Below, in pieces: positions 6,858-13,835 of a stretch of DNA of 64,000 nucleotides. This DNA comes from Phycisphaerales bacterium (lineage in GTDB: Bacteria; Planctomycetota; Phycisphaerae; Phycisphaerales; SM1A02): assembly GCA_009691785.1 (NCBI GenBank), contig SIAM01000006.1, forward strand, positions 1,725-65,724, written 5' to 3'. Under the pieces are notes generated by a model that was not told the DNA's origin, ran no database searches, and saw only the letters and a program-made list of their open reading frames with translations. The stretch's first letter is position 1. The number at the start of each line of letters is the position of its first letter. A program made the translations under genes and the position numbers.

Positions 6858-8567
6858 ATGCGTATCGCGCTTGCACAACTTGATCCCATTGTTGGCGATG
6901 TGGTGGGCAACCAGCAATTGATCATGGACGCCGCTGAAAAAGCCCGCGCCCGCGGCGCCACGCTTGTGCTGACTGGTGAGATGGCGTTGCTTGGATATCC
7001 GCCGCGTGATCTGGTGTTGCGCGAGGGCGTGGCGGCGGCGTGCGATCGCGCCTTGATGGAGATCGCTCAAAAATTTCCCGACATGACGCTGATCATTGGC
7101 ACGGTTCGAAGCGTGCAGCGCGACGGACGCGGCTTGGCCAATAGTTTGGCGGTGTGCCGCGGCGGAGTTGTAACCCAGTACTACGACAAGCAGCTTCTTC
7201 CAACCTACGACGTCTTTGATGAGGACAGATATTTTTCACCAGGCACAGGCACGGTGGTGATTGATCATGGCGGCGAAAAATGTGGCTTATTGATTTGCGA
7301 GGACATTTGGGGCGCCGATGATGTGGCCACCTCGCGTCATTATTCAATTGATCCAGTGGCGCAAAGCGTGAAGGCGGGGGCAACGGCGCTGCTGGTTGCA
7401 AGCGCCAGTCCGTTTGTGCTTGGTAAACGCGCGCGCCAGCACGCACGACTGCGCCAACTTGCGCAAAAATATTCCTTGCCAATATATTCCTGTCAACAAG
7501 TTGGCGCCAACGACGATCTTGTTTTTGACGGGGGCAGCGTTGGCGTGACTTGTGCTGGCGTCATCATGCACATGGGCAAATTATTCCAGCCCGACTTGAT
7601 CACGATTGATCTTGACGTGCCAGGCGCGCGCAAAAGTGGCGCGGACACCACTGCCCAAAGAGCGTCCGTGTCCGGCGCGGCCACGGCGCACGTGCCTTGC
7701 GCGCACGGCGATTTGACCCACGCCATTGTGGCTGGAATTTCGGGCTATTTCGCTAAAACCAAGCACACTAAAGCCACCATTGGATTGTCCGGGGGCATTG
7801 ATTCCGCGCTTGTCGCAACGCTGGCGGCGCTGGCTCTGGGCGCGCAAAATATAACTGGCATCATGATGCCTTCGAAATATTCCAGCGGCGGCAGCGTTGA
7901 CGACGCCAAAGAATTGGCGCGGCGCTTGAACTTGGGGCGCTTGCTCACGCTGCCCATTGATCAAGCCCACGAATTGATGGCGCAGAAATTGCGCGCGGGT
8001 CTAGGCGCGTTCCAAGGTCTTGCCGATGAAAATCTTCAAAGCAGATTGCGCGGACTCACTTCCATGTCCGTCAGCAACGCCGATGGCTCGTTGGTTCTTG
8101 CCACTGGAAATAAAAGCGAGTTGGCCACTGGCTACGCCACGCTGTACGGCGACATGGTTGGCGCCGTGGCGCCCATTGGCGATTTGTTAAAGACGCAGGT
8201 CTACGCAATTTCAAATTGGATCAACGCACATTTCGCGCAACTTGGTTTCGCTTGCGCGCCCATTCCAGAGGCCAGCATCACCAAGGCGCCCAGCGCCGAG
8301 TTGCGGCCCAATCAAACGGATCAAGATTCGCTGCCGCCCTACGCGGACTTGGACAGCATTGTCACTGGTTGGATTGAGCATGAAGGCGATGTGCCCGCGA
8401 TCGCTCTGGCCACCAAACTGGATTTGAAATTGGTCGAGCGTTGGTGCCTGGCCATAGACCGCGCGCAATTCAAGCGCGATCAATCACCGCTTGTCATTAA
8501 GGTCGGCGCACGAACGTTCGGACGGGGCCGCCCGATGCCCATCGCGGCGCGGTGGCGACTGGCGTAG
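6858..8567 (+). CDS. nadE: glutamine-dependent NAD+ synthetase
   Basis: An N-terminal C-N hydrolase domain plus an NAD synthetase domain with the PP-loop GLSGGIDSALVA. The ~570 aa length is typical of the fused form. Confidence 0.95.
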   Translation: MRIALAQLDPIVGDVVGNQQLIMDAAEKARARGATLVLTGEMALLGYPPRDLVLREGVAAACDRALMEIAQKFPDMTLIIGTVRSVQRDGRGLANSLAVCRGGVVTQYYDKQLLPTYDVFDEDRYFSPGTGTVVIDHGGEKCGLLICEDIWGADDVATSRHYSIDPVAQSVKAGATALLVASASPFVLGKRARQHARLRQLAQKYSLPIYSCQQVGANDDLVFDGGSVGVTCAGVIMHMGKLFQPDLITIDLDVPGARKSGADTTAQRASVSGAATAHVPCAHGDLTHAIVAGISGYFAKTKHTKATIGLSGGIDSALVATLAALALGAQNITGIMMPSKYSSGGSVDDAKELARRLNLGRLLTLPIDQAHELMAQKLRAGLGAFQGLADENLQSRLRGLTSMSVSNADGSLVLATGNKSELATGYATLYGDMVGAVAPIGDLLKTQVYAISNWINAHFAQLGFACAPIPEASITKAPSAELRPNQTDQDSLPPYADLDSIVTGWIEHEGDVPAIALATKLDLKLVERWCLAIDRAQFKRDQSPLVIKVGARTFGRGRPMPIAARWRLA

Positions 8568-9255
8568 CGCCAAATCCATCACGCGCTGGTTGCTTTGAAG
8601 CGACCATGATCAATCGATCTTCCTCAATGCAATAGGCCGTCAAGAATCCGCCGTAGGCGCAGCCCGTGTCCACATTCACCACGATTGGATTTCCATCGCG
8701 GCGCAACACAAGCGGCTCGAACAAAGGTTTGTGCCCGACAATCAACAAGCCGTCTTCGCCGTTGTAGGACTCCCACCAATGCGCGCGACCAGGCGCGGCC
8801 TTCTTGTGGATCTTTTCAAAGTCGCTGGTGCCCGCAAGTCCAAGTTGTGGATCAATGCCGCCATGCACAACGGCCCACCCTTGGCCTTGAATATATGTTT
8901 TGGAAATGGTCTCGGTCAGAATGCGCCGCGCCGCGGTCAGTTTGCCCGCGCGATCCAACACGCGAATGGCGTAGGCCTCGGCTGGCGCCAAATCATCCAG
9001 CGACGCGCCCGCGTCATGCTTGCGCAGCGCGTCCATCAAGCGCAAATCATGGTTGCCGCACACGCTTTCAACGCGGCGCCCTCCAGCGCGCAATTCAGAA
9101 ATTGTTTCAACCACAAGATCGGGACGCGGACCCTTGGTGAACAAATCGCCCAACAAAATAATTCGCGCGTCAACGCGGTCGCGGCGCGCGATCCCCAGGA
9201 GCTCATTGAACTCCATCCCGCAGCCGTGCAGGTCGCCTATGACAAGGGTTGCCAT
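8497..9255 (-). CDS. metallophosphoesterase (ApaH/PrpE-like Ser/Thr phosphatase family)
   Basis: Motifs GDLHGC, GDLFTKGP and GNHD are present. ATG 9255 (MATLVIGDLHGC) is preferred over 9270. The 3' end overlaps the nadE 3' end convergently. Confidence 0.85.
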   Translation of the reverse strand: MATLVIGDLHGCGMEFNELLGIARRDRVDARIILLGDLFTKGPRPDLVVETISELRAGGRRVESVCGNHDLRLMDALRKHDAGASLDDLAPAEAYAIRVLDRAGKLTAARRILTETISKTYIQGQGWAVVHGGIDPQLGLAGTSDFEKIHKKAAPGRAHWWESYNGEDGLLIVGHKPLFEPLVLRRDGNPIVVNVDTGCAYGGFLTAYCIEEDRLIMVASKQPARDGFGATPVATAPRWASGGPVRTFVRRP

Positions 9256-9365
9256 TCTGGGTAAAACCATATGGGAATATCGTCAACTTGTCTTGTGGAT
9301 AACCAAACATTTCTGTGAAGTATTGGTGAAGATGTGGGGGTAATTCCACACCGTAGAATCGCCGC

Positions 9366-11240
9366 ATGTCCATTCGTCAACTTTCGCAACATGTGGTCAA
9401 TCAAATTGCGGCGGGAGAAGTGGTGGAGCGGCCTGCGAGCGTGGTCAAGGAGTTGATCGAGAACGCCCTTGACGCCGGGGCAACCGAAATTGAAGTGCGC
9501 ATTGAAGGCGGCGGCCGCGAGCGCATTGAGGTGTCCGACAACGGAAGCGGCATTGGCGCCGACGAATTGCTGCTGGCGGTTTCGCCCCACGCCACCAGCA
9601 AGATTGCCACGGCGGATGATCTGGTTGAAATTTCCAGTTACGGATTTCGCGGCGAGGCCCTGGCCAGCGTTGGTTCCGTGGCGCGCCTTGTTGTGGTGTC
9701 GCGCGCCGCTCTAAGCGAGCAGGGCGCCAGCATTGAAGTTGATTTTGGCGCGCTTTCAGGCGTGCGCCCGGCGGCCAGTGCGGTGGGAACGCGCGTGGAG
9801 GTTCATCAATTGTTTGGGCAAGTTCCGGCGCGGCGCAAATTTTTGCGCAGCGATCCAACCGAGGCCGGCAAAGTTGTGGATGTGGTCGAGTGGTTGGCGC
9901 TTGGCCGCCCCGGCGTTTCGTTTCGCTTGTTTCAACACGCGCGCTTGACGCTGCAATTGCCCGCGGTGGATGATCCGCGCTTGCGCGTGGAGGCTGTGCT
10001 AGGCGATGAGTTCAAGGGAAAATTATTGCAAGTTGATTTAAGTGGCGCGGGTGCCGTTGCCATTTGGGGATTGATTGGCAGGCCCGAGCAAGCCAAAACA
10101 TCCGCCAATGGATTGCGCATGGTGTTGAATGGTCGGCCCATTTCTGATCGCGGATTGTTGCACGCCATGCGCGAGGCCTACCGCGGTTTGGTGGAGCCAG
10201 GGCGCACGCCCGTTGGTTTCATAGCCATTGATATTGATCCGCGCGAGGTGGATGTGAATGTGCATCCCGCAAAAAGTGAGGTGCGATTTCGTCAGCCCGC
10301 GCTGATTCACTCCGCGCTGTTGCGTGCGGTGCGAAGCGCATTGCAGGCGGCGAACTTGGTTCCAAACTTGCCCATGGGCGGCGCGTCGCTGGGTTCATCT
10401 TTTGGTTGGGCGCCGCGGCGCAATGAAAGTGGCGGCGGCCATTCAACACGCGATTTCAATTCGGATGTGTCTGGTGGCGCTTCTAGTGGTGCGTGGCAGA
10501 ACGCAAGCTTCGCGCCGCACGCTTCTGGTGGCGATCGTGGTTTTGAATTTGCCGCGTTGCGCGAGGCGCTCACGGTCGGTCAGGCTGTCGGTCAGGCTGT
10601 CGGTCAGGCGCAAACTCAGGCGCACAATCAAATCAACGGCGAGCCAATGTTGATGACGCCGCCGAGGCCCGCGACTCGATTTATTCAGGCGGGCAAAGCG
10701 TGGCTGATCACTTTTGACGGCGATGGAATTGTAATTATTGATCAACACGCGTTGCATGAGCGCGTCATGTTCGAGCGTCTGCGCGCCAAGCTGACCGTGG
10801 GGTCGCTGCCTTCGCAGCCGCGGCTGGTTTCCAGCATAATTCCCCTGAATGGCGAGCAATTGGAGCGCCTAGAAGCATCGCAGGAATTGCTTGCGCGCCT
10901 AGGTTTTGATGTGCGCGCGTCGGGACCCAAGAGCGCCACTATTTTCGCCGAGCCGCTCTTTTTAATTGAGCGCCAAGTTGATGTGCCCGAAATGATTCTC
11001 AGTTGGCTGGCGCGCGATCACGCCAGCACCGAGGACGGCGAGGCCGTTCTGTCCGAGGTGCTTGACATGATGTCATGCAAGGCCGCGGTGAAAGCTGGCG
11101 ACGCGCTTTCGGACATTGAGATTGCGGCGTTGTTGCAAGATTTAGAAAGCGTGGAGCGAGCCACAAATTGTCCACATGGACGGCCCACCGCCATGCGCAT
11201 TCCGTTTCGTGAACTTGAGCGTCGATTTGGCCGCGGCTAG
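9366..11240 (+). CDS. mutL: DNA mismatch repair protein MutL (endonuclease-type)
   Basis: GHKL ATPase N-terminus (IAAGEVVERPASVVKELIENALDAG). The C-terminus has DQHALHERVMFE (DQHAx2Ex4E) and CPHGRP motifs. Confidence 0.97.
   Translation: MSIRQLSQHVVNQIAAGEVVERPASVVKELIENALDAGATEIEVRIEGGGRERIEVSDNGSGIGADELLLAVSPHATSKIATADDLVEISSYGFRGEALASVGSVARLVVVSRAALSEQGASIEVDFGALSGVRPAASAVGTRVEVHQLFGQVPARRKFLRSDPTEAGKVVDVVEWLALGRPGVSFRLFQHARLTLQLPAVDDPRLRVEAVLGDEFKGKLLQVDLSGAGAVAIWGLIGRPEQAKTSANGLRMVLNGRPISDRGLLHAMREAYRGLVEPGRTPVGFIAIDIDPREVDVNVHPAKSEVRFRQPALIHSALLRAVRSALQAANLVPNLPMGGASLGSSFGWAPRRNESGGGHSTRDFNSDVSGGASSGAWQNASFAPHASGGDRGFEFAALREALTVGQAVGQAVGQAQTQAHNQINGEPMLMTPPRPATRFIQAGKAWLITFDGDGIVIIDQHALHERVMFERLRAKLTVGSLPSQPRLVSSIIPLNGEQLERLEASQELLARLGFDVRASGPKSATIFAEPLFLIERQVDVPEMILSWLARDHASTEDGEAVLSEVLDMMSCKAAVKAGDALSDIEIAALLQDLESVERATNCPHGRPTAMRIPFRELERRFGRG
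10575..10609 (+). repeat. 12-bp in-frame tandem repeat x3 (GTCGGTCAGGCT; peptide GQAVGQAVGQA) in the mutL linker
   Basis: Read directly from the sequence. It lies in the poorly conserved linker between the MutL N- and C-terminal domains. Confidence 0.85.
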
Positions 11241-11375
11241 TTCGCGCCGCATGTTTGCGGCATTGTAATGCGCTCTGTTCGCGCCAACTCGACCACATTT
11301 GGTTGCGCGTGCGCCAGAACATTTTTCTGCAAATCATGCTGCAAAACCTGCGGCGCAAATGAACGCGAGAACATT

Positions 11376-11585
11376 TTATTCAGGCTCGTCGACATCGGTA
11401 ATAATGTGCTCAAACGAAGTTTGACCAGTGCGCAAACAACGGCGCAAGTAGGGGCGGCACAAACCGCACCCGCCGCCGCAACCCAACGACAACTCTACTT
11501 CTGCAATGGTGCGTTGTTTCTCGCGCGCATCTTTGAGCACGTCCACAAATGTCAGTTGATAACAAACACAGCGATCAATATGCAT
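11376..11585 (-). CDS. BFD-like [2Fe-2S]-binding domain protein (bacterioferritin-associated ferredoxin-like)
   Basis: 69 aa with the Cys pattern RCVCY ... GCGGGCGLCRP, characteristic of the Bfd-like domain. Confidence 0.75.
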   Translation of the reverse strand: MHIDRCVCYQLTFVDVLKDAREKQRTIAEVELSLGCGGGCGLCRPYLRRCLRTGQTSFEHIITDVDEPE

Positions 11586-11609
11586 GGTGTACTTTTAAAA
11601 AAAGAAAAT

Positions 11610-12389
11610 TCATCTGGGGTCGTAGGCGCAATCGTCGCCGCTTAAAAAACCGTTCTTGGGAAAGTCGGTGACATATTTCAACAGTTGCGCGTTTGAAAAT
11701 TCGCTCTTGCATGGCGTGGAAAAAGCGGCGCTATGTCCATCCAAGAAGCAGGCGTTGCAGCAACCAGCGTGGCAAAAAGCGCTTGTTCCCGCGTGAATCA
11801 TGGCCGCATCTAGTTCCACCGTATTGCCCGGCGCGCGCATGAATTTATTGCCGCCGCCGCGATAGCCGGCGTCGGCAAACAGCGCCACCGAGGCCGCGTG
11901 GCGTCGCTGCGAGGGGTTCAAACCCAAGCGCGCGCGCGACCAACCATCTTGCATCACGCCATCTGCACCAACCTCCGGATAGAAGCCTTCATGTCCAATG
12001 AAAGTCGTGTTGTAGTTGTAGCCAGTCAACGGCTGCGCAGTTGAAGACGATGTTTGAAACTCCGGGCACTGCATGGCGTTGAGCGGATGATCGGTGTATA
12101 TGGTCAACGCGCCAGGCTTGCTGGCGCCGCCTTCGGTGCTTTCAAAATCCCAGGCCACGGTGCGAATGGAACTTGCCTCTTGAAAATAAATCACCGCCGC
12201 CGGAAACGCCGCGCGATTATTGGCGGCGTACATTTGGGCGGCCACCCCCATTTGGCGCAAGTTGTTGCAACACGCTGAACTTTTTGCGGAGGCATACACG
12301 CCACGAATTCCTCCCGTGGTCAGCGCGATCAGCACACTAATAATGCTGGTGGTGACCAACACTTCCACCAATGTGAAAGCGTTGCGCAT
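11610..12389 (-). CDS. DUF1559 domain protein with prepilin-type N-terminal cleavage/methylation domain and H-X9-DG motif
   Basis: MRNAFTLVEVLVTTSIISVLIAL at the N-terminus and HAGCCNACFLDG (H-X9-DG) near the C-terminus. ATG 12389 chosen; the 55 upstream codons in the track have no pilin-like leader. Confidence 0.85.
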   Translation of the reverse strand: MRNAFTLVEVLVTTSIISVLIALTTGGIRGVYASAKSSACCNNLRQMGVAAQMYAANNRAAFPAAVIYFQEASSIRTVAWDFESTEGGASKPGALTIYTDHPLNAMQCPEFQTSSSTAQPLTGYNYNTTFIGHEGFYPEVGADGVMQDGWSRARLGLNPSQRRHAASVALFADAGYRGGGNKFMRAPGNTVELDAAMIHAGTSAFCHAGCCNACFLDGHSAAFSTPCKSEFSNAQLLKYVTDFPKNGFLSGDDCAYDPR

Positions 12390-12423
12390 CAAAGCGCCGT
12401 GTTTGAATGTTGGCGCGGGTGAT

Positions 12424-13356
12424 TTACACATCGCCCATCCACAATAAAAGCAAACTGACATCGCCGGAATCCACAACGCCGCTGTGGTCCAAATCGCCTG
12501 GTGAATTTGTGTCTCCAAACAGAAGCAGCATGATTGCGACATCACCGGAATCAATCATGCCACTGTCATCAAGGTCGCCAATTAAAATAGACTTGACCAC
12601 CATGACGGCGTCCACTTCAGGCGAACTTGTGGCGCCAGCAAGTTGGCGAATGCGCACAAAATGCGCTTGATTCAGTCCCACACTGGCCAAATCAACACCC
12701 ACGCCGCCGCCCGAACCGTTGTAGGCGTGAATCACTTCGATGTAGCTCAATTCTTGCAGATCCGAAAGTTCAATCGCGGGATTCATGGGCTTGCGAAAAT
12801 CAGTTGGCAATTCGCCAGGCTCACGGTCAAACGGACCCGCGTCGATAAATCCCATGGTGGGCATGGGTCCATCCGCTTGCGTGTTTGGAATTTCTAACCA
12901 AGTCACGCCGTCGTCGCTCACATCAATCACGCCGCCTTCGCCAACGCAGTAGCCGGGACTTCCTTGGCCACCTGAGACATCGGAAAAGAACGCGTTTGAA
13001 AACACAATCAAGTCCACGCCGTAAGGATTGTTGGGTGAATCAATCGCCGCTTGGCCAAGTTCAAGCGTGAGCGAACCGCCAACTCCAATGGAAACAATTT
13101 GATTGGTCATCCACGGCGGCTGAAATGGCGTCACGGTTTCCGGCGCGCTGGTTGTGCCAGTGGTGCGCGCGGGTTCACCCAGAGCGGTTTGCGGATTGCG
13201 ATGTCCAACCGCGGCGCCAGTGCCGGCGACATACGAAACAACACGCGTGGCGAATGGTGAATCGCACAAACATTCGCGGGTTGTCATTAGGCACATGAAT
13301 AAAGTGGCGACCCACGAAATCGAAATGCCGCGCGGACATGCGCAACCACTGCGCAT
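12424..13356 (-). CDS. secreted hypothetical protein with two C-terminal dockerin/EF-hand-like repeats (start uncertain: 13356, 13386 or 13467)
   Basis: C-terminal GDLDDSGMIDSGDVAIMLLLFGD and GDLDHSGVVDSGDVSLLLLWMGD. There is a hydrophobic N-terminal segment after M38 (ISISWVATLFMCLM). The gene ends 34 nt upstream of the DUF1559 gene on the same strand. Confidence 0.6.
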   Translation of the reverse strand: MRSGCACPRGISISWVATLFMCLMTTRECLCDSPFATRVVSYVAGTGAAVGHRNPQTALGEPARTTGTTSAPETVTPFQPPWMTNQIVSIGVGGSLTLELGQAAIDSPNNPYGVDLIVFSNAFFSDVSGGQGSPGYCVGEGGVIDVSDDGVTWLEIPNTQADGPMPTMGFIDAGPFDREPGELPTDFRKPMNPAIELSDLQELSYIEVIHAYNGSGGGVGVDLASVGLNQAHFVRIRQLAGATSSPEVDAVMVVKSILIGDLDDSGMIDSGDVAIMLLLFGDTNSPGDLDHSGVVDSGDVSLLLLWMGDV

Positions 13357-13650
13357 GGTGGATTTCAAAATAAAACATGAACGCATTGGGAAAGCGAATT
13401 GGGCATGCGTATGCAAAGGCGAAGGTGCACGCAATGTCGGGCTCCAAAATAGAGAAGCCTTGTCCATACCCTACGTTCGCGAGGGCAGAGACCGATGGTC
13501 TTGACAGGTTTTCCGGCTTCGAGCATTCCAAGCGACCCGCCTTCCCAGTTCCAAATGGAACCAGTGGCAATTGGGCCCTTGTGTGGGGTTTGAAGCCCAC
13601 AACTCGTTACGGCGGCGCGTCCGCGGCGGATTTTCACCGCCTTCCCTAAG

Positions 13651-13679
13651 CAACTTTTGCCGACAATTCGCAAAAGTTG
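13651..13679. promoter_or_regulatory. perfect 10-bp inverted repeat CAACTTTTGC-N9-GCAAAAGTTG (candidate operator or leader hairpin)
   Basis: Seen directly in the long divergent intergenic region. AGCAACTTTTGC recurs at 13726-13737, and a second hairpin ATTGTGG-N5-CCACAAT lies at 13686-13704. Confidence 0.5.
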
Positions 13680-13835
13680 TCTGCAATTGTGGAACTACCA
13701 CAATCCATCAAGACGAACAGAGTTTAGCAACTTTTGCAGTGGCGGCATATGCGCAATTTTTACCTACTTGCCAGCGTTGACCAGCCATGCGGATTTGCCG
13801 TAGATTCAACCCTCGCTCGTTTGAAAAGACCCACT

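Noticed and set aside
9294-9302. Perfect DnaA-box 9-mer (TGTGGATAA = TTATCCACA) upstream of mutL
   Set aside because: It is a single copy. By my rough estimate, about 0.5 occurrences are expected by chance in 64 kb on both strands. There is no cluster, AT-rich unwinding element or dnaA/dnaN nearby.
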